From Clostridia bacterium (lineage in GTDB: Bacteria; Bacillota; Clostridia; TANB77; CAG-508), in contig JAFWNQ010000014.1 of the NCBI GenBank assembly GCA_017510245.1, positions 26,499 to 90,498 of the forward strand: 64,000 nucleotides of DNA. The letters are read 5' to 3'. The first letter of the stretch is position 1. The number at the start of each line of letters is the position of its first letter. Of this stretch, positions 29,931 to 38,865 are shown piece after piece. The notes below the pieces were generated by a model. That model was not told where the DNA came from. It saw only the letters and a list, made by a program, of their open reading frames with translations, and did no database searches. Both the position numbers and the translations under genes were made by a program.

Positions 29931-32702
29931 TTATGACATTTTTTCTTTTAATTTAGATAATACATTCATTGCATCCATCGGCGTCATATTATTCAAATCT
30001 ACTTCGTCTAATTCATGAGCTATCTCTGCTAATTTATAATTATACATACTTATTTGTCCTTGATTTTCCTGCTGTTCTGTCTTGCTAAGTTTCTCTGTCT
30101 TTAATATGCTTTTTCTTTCAAGTGATCTAAGTATTTGATTTGCTCTCTTTGTTACATCTTTGGGAACTCCAGCAAGTTTTGCTACATGCACTCCATAGCT
30201 CTCATCTGTTCCACCTTCAACAATTTTTCTTAAGAAAATAACATCCTCGCCATGTTCTTTTACAGCTATATGAAAATTCTTAGTTCCTTCAAGCTTATTC
30301 TCTAAGTCTGTTAGTTCATGATAGTGAGTAGCAAATAGTGTTTTAGCTTTTATTTTTGATATTTGTTCTGCAACTGCCCATGCTATTGATAGTCCATCAT
30401 AAGTAGATGTTCCTCTTCCAATTTCATCTAAAATTACCAAACTTCTTTCTGTTGCATTTTTTAATATAGCAGCTACTTCCATCATCTCAACCATAAAAGT
30501 ACTTTCTCCCATGGCTAAATCGTCAGAAGCTCCTACTCTAGTAAATATTTTGTCTACAATTCCTATATGGGCATAAGATGCTGGTACAAAGCTTCCAACC
30601 TGTGCCATTAAAGTAATCAATGCAACTTGACGCATATATGTAGATTTTCCAGCCATGTTTGGTCCTGTAATAATATCAAGTCTATTACTGTTAGAGTCTA
30701 AATATGCATCATTTTGTATAAATTCTCCTGCAGGAAGCATTTTTTCTATAACAGGATGTCTTCCATCTTTAATTTCTATTACATCTGTATTGTCTACTTC
30801 TGGCATACAATAGTTTAAGCTTTCTGCTACTTTGGCAAAGCTACATAGCACATCAATTTTAGATACTATACTAGCTGCAATTTGTAATCTCTTTGCATTT
30901 TCTTCAATCTTGTTTCTTATTTTTACAAACTCATTATATTCGATACTAATTATTTTTTCCTGAGCTCCAATTATTTCATTTTCTAAATTCTTTAGTTCTT
31001 CAGTTATGTATCTTTCTCCTGTGGTTAAAGTTTGCTTTCTAATGTATCTATCTTTTGGAGCCATCTTTACAAATGATTTAGATATTTCTATGTAATATCC
31101 AAATACTTTGTTATATCCTATTTTTAAATTCTTAATTCCTGTTTTTTCGCGTTCCTCAGTTTCAATATTTACAAGCCATTGCTTTCCATTTGTTGTTATT
31201 TCTATTAATCTGTCAACTTCTTCATTATACCCTTTTTTGATTAATCCTCCATCTTTTAATGTTATTGGTGGATCATCAACTATAGCTTTATCAATCAATT
31301 CAAAAAGGTCTTCTAATGTATCAAGCGATTCATACATGTTTTTTAGTAATTTTGAATCAACTCTTGATAATGATTGCTTTAAATTTGGAAGTTGAGCTAT
31401 TGAGTTTTTCAAAGATATTAAGTCTCTCGCATTAGCAGTTCCATATGATATTTTTCCAGCCAACCTTTCTATATCATATACCTTTTTTAGAGAATCCACT
31501 ATTTCGTCTCTTAGAATCTTACTTTCTTTAAGTTCTTTTACTGCATTAAGTCTAGCATTAATATCCTTAACATCTATTAATGGATCACTAATCCATCTCC
31601 TAATGAGTCTTCCTCCCATAGATGTAGAAGTTTTATCTAGCACCCACAACAAAGTTCCTTTTTTTGTTTTATCTCTCATTTTTTCCGTTATTTCTAGATT
31701 TCTTCTTGCACTTATATCTAAAGACATATATCTAGTTGGTTCATAATAAACTATTTTACTCAAATTTTGTGGAAATTGTTTTTGTGTCGTTTCTACATAG
31801 CTCATCAATCCATTAATTGCACATACTGCAAACATTTTTTTATCTATATTTATTGACTTTTCATTTTTGTCAACTATATCAAATTTTTCTTTAATACTCT
31901 TTGATTCATTTGAGAATGGAATTTCCTCATTATTGTTCCAGTACTTCTTATTGCTTGAAGTCACAGAATAAGCATCCATACTCACATTTTCATTATTTGG
32001 ATCTGCTTCTTCATCTATATGGCTATTTTTTATATTATCTTCAACAGTAATGAAAGCTGAGAATCTTTGATTTATTTTGTTTATTTCTACTTTGCTATCA
32101 GCCATCATTTTATTAATTACAAGTTCTGAAGGATTATATCTAGATATTTCATCTAATAGCTTAGAAAAGTTATTGTCCTCTCTTATTTCTGTAGCGTAAA
32201 AATCTCCTGTTGATATATCACATACCGCTACTCCAAAGAACATTCCTTCTTTGTATATAGACATTATATAGTTGTTTTTCTTTTCTTCTAGAATGTTACC
32301 ATCTACTATTGTTCCAGGTGTAATAACTTTTATTACATCTCTTTTTACAATTCCTTTTGTGCTTTTTGGATCTTCTAATTGTTCACAAATAGCAACTTTA
32401 TATCCTTTTTCTACAAGCTTTGGAATATATGAGTTTATTGCGTGATGTGGTATTCCACACATTGGAGCTCTTTCTTCTTGTCCACAGTCTTTCCCTGTTA
32501 AAGTTAATTCTATTTCTCTAGATGTTATCACTGCATCTTCAAAAAACATTTCATAAAAGTCTCCTAAACGATAGCACAATATGCAATCTAAGTATTTAGA
32601 CTTTGTTTCTATATACTGTCTCATCATTGGAGTATATTTATCTCTATTTTCATATCTTTCTTTTGCTAACTTTGCAGCTTGTGCTTTTTCATCTTCTAGC
32701 AT
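29931..32702 (-). CDS. mutS: DNA mismatch repair protein MutS
   Basis: TPMMRQYIETKSKY, Walker A GPNMAGKST, ILDEIGRGTSTYDG. It has a low-complexity insertion around residues 220-290. No mutL is adjacent. Confidence 0.95.
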   Translation of the reverse strand: MLEDEKAQAAKLAKERYENRDKYTPMMRQYIETKSKYLDCILCYRLGDFYEMFFEDAVITSREIELTLTGKDCGQEERAPMCGIPHHAINSYIPKLVEKGYKVAICEQLEDPKSTKGIVKRDVIKVITPGTIVDGNILEEKKNNYIMSIYKEGMFFGVAVCDISTGDFYATEIREDNNFSKLLDEISRYNPSELVINKMMADSKVEINKINQRFSAFITVEDNIKNSHIDEEADPNNENVSMDAYSVTSSNKKYWNNNEEIPFSNESKSIKEKFDIVDKNEKSINIDKKMFAVCAINGLMSYVETTQKQFPQNLSKIVYYEPTRYMSLDISARRNLEITEKMRDKTKKGTLLWVLDKTSTSMGGRLIRRWISDPLIDVKDINARLNAVKELKESKILRDEIVDSLKKVYDIERLAGKISYGTANARDLISLKNSIAQLPNLKQSLSRVDSKLLKNMYESLDTLEDLFELIDKAIVDDPPITLKDGGLIKKGYNEEVDRLIEITTNGKQWLVNIETEEREKTGIKNLKIGYNKVFGYYIEISKSFVKMAPKDRYIRKQTLTTGERYITEELKNLENEIIGAQEKIISIEYNEFVKIRNKIEENAKRLQIAASIVSKIDVLCSFAKVAESLNYCMPEVDNTDVIEIKDGRHPVIEKMLPAGEFIQNDAYLDSNSNRLDIITGPNMAGKSTYMRQVALITLMAQVGSFVPASYAHIGIVDKIFTRVGASDDLAMGESTFMVEMMEVAAILKNATERSLVILDEIGRGTSTYDGLSIAWAVAEQISKIKAKTLFATHYHELTDLENKLEGTKNFHIAVKEHGEDVIFLRKIVEGGTDESYGVHVAKLAGVPKDVTKRANQILRSLERKSILKTEKLSKTEQQENQGQISMYNYKLAEIAHELDEVDLNNMTPMDAMNVLSKLKEKMS

Positions 32703-32968
32703 TTATTCTATAGTTCCTTTCTAAGTCTAATATAACATAGTAATATTATCATATAATAGTTTAAAAAGCAAGAAAAAAGAAGGCAAAAAGGATAGTTCTT
32801 AATGCCTTTTTTTTGTCATTAAAACTATCCTTTTTTATGTCAGTTTTATTCTTTTGGACTACCATATTTTTTAATGTAAAATTTTCCATCCACAATACAC
32901 CAATGGCAAAAGCACCATTCTAATATCTCCTCCATAATGGAATTCCAAATGGAAATTTATAAAAAACT

Positions 32969-33154
32969 TTATTCCTCTACAATTTTAAATGCATCATTAT
33001 TATTAACATCCTTTGTTTTTTCCAATGTATATCCATAGTTTAGAACAACAACAGGTCTAAATCCCATATCATTACGACTATAATAAGTTATATCTAACCC
33101 TCCGCCATAATGATATTCATTTCCTACATGTCCGCCAATTATCCACAACTGCAA
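32969..33154 (-). CDS. C-terminal segment (+1 frame) of prepilin-like gene 33117-34304
   Basis: ...GGHVGNEYHYGGGLDITYYSRNDMGFRPVVVL carries the family C-terminal FRPVV motif. It is reached from the main frame by skipping the C of CGG at 33134. Confidence 0.6.
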   Translation of the reverse strand: MQLWIIGGHVGNEYHYGGGLDITYYSRNDMGFRPVVVLNYGYTLEKTKDVNNNDAFKIVEE

Positions 33155-34304
33155 CCATATTACTATATTTAGCAGGTGAAGCCAGCCAATAGGCCATTGC
33201 CTGCGTTTTCAAGTGTGCTACAGAATATGGTTTATGTAGATTGCTTATTATTTGACAATAATTATCATATGTTTTTCCCCCATCTCTACTTATAATATAT
33301 CCTCCCGTACTATCAATCTGTCCCATACAATAATTTGTTTGCGTTCTTTCAGAAACTTTGTTATATGCTTTAAATAAAAGTTCTATAGTTGGTCCTCCTA
33401 TTGCATATTCAGCATAACCTTGTGTACTATTCGAAAATTTACCCCAAGTAATAGTATCTAACATATAAGCTATAGCTTTTATATTATCTGCTGTACTTGT
33501 ATTACCATTTAAAAAAGAATAGTATTTACTATTTAGTTTTTGTAGTTTGGTTTCAACATCTGTTGATCCAACATATTGTGTCATTACTCCATCATTTAGG
33601 TTATTACCAAATTTCGCTTTGTATTCCGAACCATCTATAGGGATTGGCCTTGCTCCAACTACTTCTACTCCCTCTTTTTTCACTGTTGGAAGTTTTGTAT
33701 TTTTTATATATTCTTTTGAAATTAAATAAATCCTTTCCTCTGTCTCGCCATCTAGGGCTCCCGCATAAAATAATTGCCACCCTATATCCTGCAACTCTTC
33801 TGGTAAAGTTTCTGCATAATTAATTACGTCTAGTCCAAAAAATATATTCGCTCCATCATACAATTCCGAAATTTCCATTGCGTTTGGATTAGAAACTCCA
33901 TTCTTTTTTTCTAAAGTTCCATCTTGAAATATGTAATACTCATTTTCTGTATCTATAAATTTAACTTTTAATCTGTCACTTCCAGTTACTTTTGTCTTAT
34001 TATCTCCCACAGACATATCTAACTCTTCTTGCAAGTCAGGTTTATTCACTTTATTCCCTAACCCTTTTACTTTTGCAGACATAAATGCTAATTGTATTTG
34101 TTCTTTTTCATCACCTATAATCTTTTCCTCTTTTGATATTTTAGTTCTTTCTATTAATCCATTACTTCCAATTGCCATATTTATAGTTATTCCTGCTAGT
34201 ATTAGCAGCACTATTATAGTTACAACTAGAGCTACTAACGTTATTCCATTTTCTAATATGTTCGTTCTTTTGTTTATCATTTTTTTCTTCCTTTCGGACA
34301 TCAC
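33117..34304 (-). CDS. Prepilin-like (Glu5-less) surface protein, main frame; likely start at 34280
   Basis: MINKRTNILENG-ITLVALVVTIIVLLILAG with RBS AAAGGAAG before ATG 34278-34280. YWLASP motif near the end. The frame ends 5 codons after in-frame CGG 33132-33134. Confidence 0.7.
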   Translation of the reverse strand: MMSERKKKMINKRTNILENGITLVALVVTIIVLLILAGITINMAIGSNGLIERTKISKEEKIIGDEKEQIQLAFMSAKVKGLGNKVNKPDLQEELDMSVGDNKTKVTGSDRLKVKFIDTENEYYIFQDGTLEKKNGVSNPNAMEISELYDGANIFFGLDVINYAETLPEELQDIGWQLFYAGALDGETEERIYLISKEYIKNTKLPTVKKEGVEVVGARPIPIDGSEYKAKFGNNLNDGVMTQYVGSTDVETKLQKLNSKYYSFLNGNTSTADNIKAIAYMLDTITWGKFSNSTQGYAEYAIGGPTIELLFKAYNKVSERTQTNYCMGQIDSTGGYIISRDGGKTYDNYCQIISNLHKPYSVAHLKTQAMAYWLASPAKYSNMVAVVDNWRTCRK

Positions 34305-34586
34305 ATTTTGATAGTTGAAGCTGCAGTTAGCAAGACTTTAAGCTTCTCATCTTACTTATCCTTATTATTTTAATATATAGATTTATTTTAGTATATTTTT
34401 ATTATTTTTTCAATATGTAAAAGTATGTGTGTGTACATATATATACACATCCTTAGAGATTTTCAAGTTTTTTTACTTTTTCATGACATTTTTTCATAGC
34501 CTTTTTTATATTTTTCTGAAAGCTTTTTTCCTATTTTATATTTCCAAAATTCTCTGTCCCCAATGGCTGCTAATAACCAAAAAGGC

Positions 34587-34616
34587 CCCCTCTGGTTGTG
34601 CAAGCAACCAAAGGGG
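34587..34616 (-). terminator. Terminator of the 105-aa islet gene
   Basis: CCCCTCTGGTTG-TGCAAG-CAACCAAAGGGG (1 mismatch), followed on the minus strand by CCTTTTTGG. Confidence 0.6.
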
Positions 34617-34644
34617 AAATTGCCTAGCTTTCCAGCAGCTCTTA

Positions 34645-34962
34645 CTACTGCTTGAGCTTGAAAGCTATGCTAAAAAGAGATCCGTCTTGCCCAGCATACA
34701 CAAGTTCAGAGTTCTTCAAGTACACATATGGATGCTTTTGCATCACTCCCTGAACAAATATCTTGCTGCACATTAGGTCATTGTAAACTTCAAAAGCATC
34801 AATTGCTCTAACAGCCTCAATGACAAACACAAGACCGTTTTCTTTGCACTCATTTATGACTTCCATAGAAACGTCCTCGGAGGCTTCTCTATAGTAAAAA
34901 TCTTGTAGCCACTTAGGACTAATTTCGACATTATGTGCCATAGTTATCATCCCAATCTTCAA
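34645..34962 (-). CDS. Hypothetical ~100-aa protein in a GC-richer single-gene islet
   Basis: ORF with composition clearly GC-richer than the flanks. The start is ambiguous (TTG 34962 or ATG giving MITMAHN / MAHNVEI). No family recognised. Confidence 0.5.
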   Translation of the reverse strand: MKIGMITMAHNVEISPKWLQDFYYREASEDVSMEVINECKENGLVFVIEAVRAIDAFEVYNDLMCSKIFVQGVMQKHPYVYLKNSELVYAGQDGSLFSIAFKLKQ

Positions 34963-35024
34963 TTGACTGATGGAATTTCTAGTCTTGCACCTAGAAATAT
35001 TTAACTTATATCTATTTTACCACA

Positions 35025-35059
35025 AAAACACTAGTTTTTCAATAAAACTAGTGTTTTTC
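35025..35059. terminator. Bidirectional terminator after prepilin-like gene 35130-36432
   Basis: Perfect 15-bp stem AAAAACACTAGTTTT / AAAACTAGTGTTTTT with a 5-nt loop. Confidence 0.75.
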
Positions 35060-35129
35060 TATAATAGCTCATTCTTTTTCAATATAATAAAATTCGAAAT
35101 CCTTTATTAAGAGTTAAGCATACAATTAA

Positions 35130-35330
35130 CTATTTTATTGCAACTTCTCCTGTTTCATCATTAATTTCTAGCCTAGCTGCTGGTATAGATACTACGACGC
35201 GAAAAGCATTGCTAACTGTTTTACCGTGTTCCATAAGAGCGACACATTTCTGCTCCATCAATATATCCAGAATTACAACAAAACAAATTATATTTTGCAT
35301 AACTTGATGTTTCACCCTTAGATCCCGCAT
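35130..35330 (-). CDS. C-terminal segment (+1 frame) of prepilin-like gene 35221-36432
   Basis: Only the last ~31 codons (GKTVSNAFRVVVSIPAARLEINDETGEVAIK) look genuine. They are reached by skipping the C of CGG at 35226. Confidence 0.55.
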   Translation of the reverse strand: MRDLRVKHQVMQNIICFVVILDILMEQKCVALMEHGKTVSNAFRVVVSIPAARLEINDETGEVAIK

Positions 35331-36432
35331 ATATACATCTAGATGCTATCCAATAATCATCTCCATTAGCATTGAATAATTCGTTTGAAATTGGACTGTT
35401 TCCGAATTGACCGAGTTTCTCTTTTTGGAAATTAACACCTTTATCTTCTGCGGTTGGATTATAGTAACTAAAATAAGTATAATTTACAGTAAGTTTTCTG
35501 GCCGGATTTGATCCATCTTCTAATACTCTTCCAATTCCTCTGTCTGTTGTTATTATAGTATTTGGTACTTCATCATACAATTGATTATCTACTACTACTT
35601 CTTTATTTGAATCTGCAATATATATACCTGGATATCTCTTATTCATTGGAGTAAATACTTTTTTCCCAAGGTCCTTTCCTTCATTCCACACATATTCTCC
35701 ACTATTGTCGTATGGAGCATTTCTTACAAATGTATCTTCCCAGTTATATGTCCTTTCATTCAATAATTCTGCTGCATGTTTTAAATCTGTAAGCTTAAAA
35801 GCATGTATTCGATTTGATGTTACACCAATCTCAAGATTTACAAATAGTTCTGTACTTATTTTATTTAAGTAATATAAGCAATTATCATACCCTGATGATT
35901 CCTTAAATTGTACTTTCTTTTTTGTTGGCCCACTTACTATATTTATTCCATTTTGATCTGCACTTAAAACATACCATTTTATTCTCTCTTCTTCTGTTCC
36001 TAATAAATCTGATTGTGTAAAAGTTTGGTCTGCAAGTCCACCATTATATTTTCCTTCAACTGTTACTTTTACTGGATTTCCTTCTTGATCTCTTAAATCT
36101 GTTACATTATAATTAATCTCTTGAAGTGCTTTTCCATTATCTTTAATTCTCTCCGTAACTTTTTCTATTTGCTGTTGAGATAGTTTAATTGTAGTATCAT
36201 CGATAAAATTTCCAGCTATTTCAATTTCTTTGATTTCATTTTCCCCTGAATTATGATATACTTCACTTGACTTTTTTGTTTTTTGAATTAACCCATTATT
36301 ACTAATTATCATATTAATTGATACTCCAGCTAATATTAATAATACTAATATTGTGACTACAAGTGAAATTAAAGTTATTCCTGTTTCATTTATTATACAC
36401 ATTTTTATTTTTTTCATTAAACACCTCTTCAT
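35221..36432 (-). CDS. Prepilin-like (Glu5-less) surface protein, main frame; likely start at 36417
   Basis: MKKIKMCIINETG-ITLISLVVTILVLLILAG with RBS AGAGGTG. YWIASR motif. The last sense codon is in-frame CGG (35224-35226), immediately followed by TAA. Confidence 0.7.
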   Translation of the reverse strand: MKRCLMKKIKMCIINETGITLISLVVTILVLLILAGVSINMIISNNGLIQKTKKSSEVYHNSGENEIKEIEIAGNFIDDTTIKLSQQQIEKVTERIKDNGKALQEINYNVTDLRDQEGNPVKVTVEGKYNGGLADQTFTQSDLLGTEEERIKWYVLSADQNGINIVSGPTKKKVQFKESSGYDNCLYYLNKISTELFVNLEIGVTSNRIHAFKLTDLKHAAELLNERTYNWEDTFVRNAPYDNSGEYVWNEGKDLGKKVFTPMNKRYPGIYIADSNKEVVVDNQLYDEVPNTIITTDRGIGRVLEDGSNPARKLTVNYTYFSYYNPTAEDKGVNFQKEKLGQFGNSPISNELFNANGDDYWIASRCIYAGSKGETSSYAKYNLFCCNSGYIDGAEMCRSYGTR

Positions 36433-36555
36433 AAATCCTTGTACTTTTTTATTATAGTAAAAAACACATCTTTATTCAATAACCTCCTTTTTTATATATT
36501 TTTTATTTCTTCATCTATCTAAGCTGTTATTCTTTTATTACATTTCTATGACAAT

Positions 36556-36600
36556 AAAAAAAACATTTTGAATTTTTATTAAATTCAAAATGTTTTTTTT
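36556..36600. terminator. Terminator after miaB
   Basis: 20-bp stem AAAAAAAACATTTTGAATTT / AAATTCAAAATGTTTTTTTT. Confidence 0.75.
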
Positions 36601-38012
36601 TATAATTTTCCTTTTAAATACCACATATGTTCCGAAATCACCTCTACATCTTGCATTGTACCAATTAGCTCTTTTGAACCTTCAAAATTAACAACTTTAT
36701 TTGACTCTGTTCTTCCCGTTAACATTTTATCATTTGTTTTACTAACCCCTTCTACTAAAACTCTCTGTACTGTATTAACATATTTTTTATTTGATTCTTC
36801 AACTAATTCTGCATATAGTCTTTTTAACTTTTCAAATCTTATATGTTTTATTTCTTCATCTACTTGATTTTCCATTTTATCTGCAACAGTTCCAACTCTT
36901 CTTGAGTAAATAAACATAAATACTTGTTCAAATTTTACTCTTTTGACCACATCTAGCGTATCTTCGAAATCTTGTTCAGTTTCGCCTGGAAATCCAACAA
37001 TTATATCAGTTGTAAATGTTGCCTCAGGTATTTTTCCTCTAATTTTATCTACTAGATTAAGATATTGCTCCTTAGTATATTTTCTGTTCATTACTCTAAG
37101 GATTTCTGTACTTCCCGACTGTAATGGTAAATGTATAAGTTTACACACTTTTTCACAGTCTTTAATTGCTTCTATTACATCATCAGTAAAATCTTTTGGA
37201 TGAGGAGATATAAATCTTATCCTCTCAATTCCTTCTATTTTATTTATAGCTCTTAGTAATGTAGCAAAAGAATTAACTATCATGTCCTCATTTTGAACTG
37301 TAATTTTATAGTTAACATCTTCTCCTTTTTGTTTTTGACTAACTAAATATGAATTAACATTTTGTCCCAATAATGTTATTTCCTTATATCCATTATTCGC
37401 AAGCTCTTGTATTTCATTTATTATATCTTGTGGATTTCTACTTCTTTCCCTCCCGCGTACATAAGGAACTATACAAAAGGCACAAAAATTATTACATCCA
37501 TTCATTATTGGCACAGAAGCTTTATATTTATCATCTCTAACTACTGGTATTCCTTCATATATATATCCATCTATATCTAGAATATCATCTATTTTTTTGT
37601 GTTCCTTTAGTATATTATATAAGTTTTCTGGAAATTTTTCTAAAGTATGTGGTCCAAATATCAAATCTACGAATGGATAACTTCGTTTTAGTTTATCTAC
37701 CATGTTTTTTTCTTGCATCATACAACCACCAATTGCTATAATTGTTCCATTCTCATCCTTACACTTTTTAACTTCTCCAAGCTTTCCAAATAGTCTATCC
37801 TCAGCATTTTCTCTAACACAACACGTGTTAAATACTATAACAGCCGCTTCTTCCGGATTATTAGTTCTAATATATCCACTTTCTTCTAGCATTCCAGATA
37901 TTTTCTCTGAATCATTTTCATTAAGCTGGCATCCCATAGTATAAACAATATACTTATTATTATTGATTAACTCATTTATTTTTTTAGTCCATTTCTTTGT
38001 ATCTACTTGCAT
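36600..38012 (-). CDS. miaB: tRNA-2-methylthio-N6-dimethylallyladenosine synthase
   Basis: YTMGCQLNENDSE (MTTase N-terminus), radical SAM CNNFCAFCIVP, C-terminal TRAM domain. Confidence 0.93.
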   Translation of the reverse strand: MQVDTKKWTKKINELINNNKYIVYTMGCQLNENDSEKISGMLEESGYIRTNNPEEAAVIVFNTCCVRENAEDRLFGKLGEVKKCKDENGTIIAIGGCMMQEKNMVDKLKRSYPFVDLIFGPHTLEKFPENLYNILKEHKKIDDILDIDGYIYEGIPVVRDDKYKASVPIMNGCNNFCAFCIVPYVRGRERSRNPQDIINEIQELANNGYKEITLLGQNVNSYLVSQKQKGEDVNYKITVQNEDMIVNSFATLLRAINKIEGIERIRFISPHPKDFTDDVIEAIKDCEKVCKLIHLPLQSGSTEILRVMNRKYTKEQYLNLVDKIRGKIPEATFTTDIIVGFPGETEQDFEDTLDVVKRVKFEQVFMFIYSRRVGTVADKMENQVDEEIKHIRFEKLKRLYAELVEESNKKYVNTVQRVLVEGVSKTNDKMLTGRTESNKVVNFEGSKELIGTMQDVEVISEHMWYLKGKL

Positions 38013-38050
38013 ATTACTACCTCTTTATTTCATTATCTCTATATCTAAAA

Positions 38051-38166
38051 TGTGCAAAAAGGGACGGGGGATTTCTGCACATTTGTGCAATTAGGGACAC
38101 TCTTTCTAAAGCAGGGGTGTCCCTTTCTGCATATTTGTGCAGAAATCCCCCGTCCCTTTTTGCACA
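38051..38166. repeat. 116-nt nested palindromic element (31-bp perfect outer inverted repeat plus inner stem)
   Basis: TGTGCAAAAAGGGACGGGGGATTTCTGCACA (38051-38081) is the exact reverse complement of 38136-38166. Inner stem AGGGACAC/GTGTCCCT. GC-richer than its surroundings. A partial extra copy CCTTTTTTTGCACA follows at 38167-38180. Confidence 0.8.
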
Positions 38167-38181
38167 CCTTTTTTTGCACAT

Positions 38182-38212
38182 AAAACTCTGCGGAGTAGAT
38201 CCACAGAGTTTT
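38182..38212 (-). terminator. Terminator of rpmE
   Basis: AAAACTCTG-C-GGA...TCC-A-CAGAGTTTT hairpin directly after the rpmE stop. Confidence 0.7.
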
Positions 38213-38220
38213 TAATAATC

Positions 38221-38421
38221 TTATTTAATTCCGTATTTTTCTTTAAACTTAGCTGCCTTTCCACCTTTTGTCTCTTTTCTTAAATTACCTGTCCAAAATG
38301 GATGACATTTTGAGCATACATCAACTTTCATATCTGCTTTAGTTGAATTTGTTTTTATTACATTTCCACAAGCACAAGTTATTGTAGCTTCTGTATAATC
38401 TGGGTGTATTCCTTCTTTCAT
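38221..38421 (-). CDS. rpmE: 50S ribosomal protein L31 (Zn-ribbon type)
   Basis: MKEGIHPDY...CACGN...CSKCHPFWTG. Start at ATG 38419-38421 after AAGAGGTGA. The ORF-track GVG start at 38430 is rejected. Confidence 0.93.
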   Translation of the reverse strand: MKEGIHPDYTEATITCACGNVIKTNSTKADMKVDVCSKCHPFWTGNLRKETKGGKAAKFKEKYGIK

Positions 38422-38450
38422 CACTTTCACCTCTTTCTAAAATTTCGTAA

Positions 38451-38633
38451 TTATTCTGCTTTTTGAGCTATAACTTCATTTCCATCATAATATCCACAGC
38501 TTGGGCATACTCTATGTTGCATTGTAAGCTTATGGCAATGAGGACATTCTACAAGGTTTTTGTTTTCCAATTTCCAAGTTGATCTTTTAGTATGTGTTCT
38601 TTGTTTTGACCATCTTCTTTTTGGTTGTGCCAT
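38451..38633 (-). CDS. rpmF: 50S ribosomal protein L32
   Basis: MAQPKRRWSKQRTHTKRS...CPHCH...CPSCGYY. Confidence 0.93.
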   Translation of the reverse strand: MAQPKRRWSKQRTHTKRSTWKLENKNLVECPHCHKLTMQHRVCPSCGYYDGNEVIAQKAE

Positions 38634-38695
38634 TTTAATCCCTCCTTATGCTTTAGAATATCTATATTTAAAAATACTTTCTAAGTCACTTTAAT

Positions 38696-38724
38696 ATTAT
38701 ACTAATTTTAATGAGCTTTGTCAA
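38696..38724 (-). promoter_or_regulatory. Consensus sigma-A promoter of rpmF-rpmE
   Basis: Minus strand reads TTGACA-17 nt-TATAAT. Confidence 0.65.
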
Positions 38725-38865
38725 TAGATTTTTTGCTTTTTCTCAGCTTTTTCATAAAAAACAGCCTTTTATTTCAAGATTTTATTCTCTTCATAACAAT
38801 GTCCCACACTCCATGTTGTTCTTTATAATTTTCTTCTGTTTTACCTATAAATAATAATTACTACA

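Noticed and set aside
32871-32940. A small ORF with an apparently strong RBS (GGAGGAG-8 nt-ATG, encoding MVLLPLVYCGWKILH) and an alternative 29-aa frame (MEEILEWCFCHWCIVDGKFYIKKYGSPKE).
   Set aside because: The GGAGGAG is part of a degenerate duplicate of the upstream gene's HYGGG coding segment. The region is best explained as a decayed 3' remnant of a paralogue and not as a peptide gene.
34425-34450. The (TG)n/(TA)n-like stretch ATGTGTGTGTACATATATATACACAT upstream of gene 33117-34304, as a possible phase-variation tract.
   Set aside because: It is very short and imperfect, and it lies well upstream of the RBS. Nothing suggests it affects the -10/-35 spacing.
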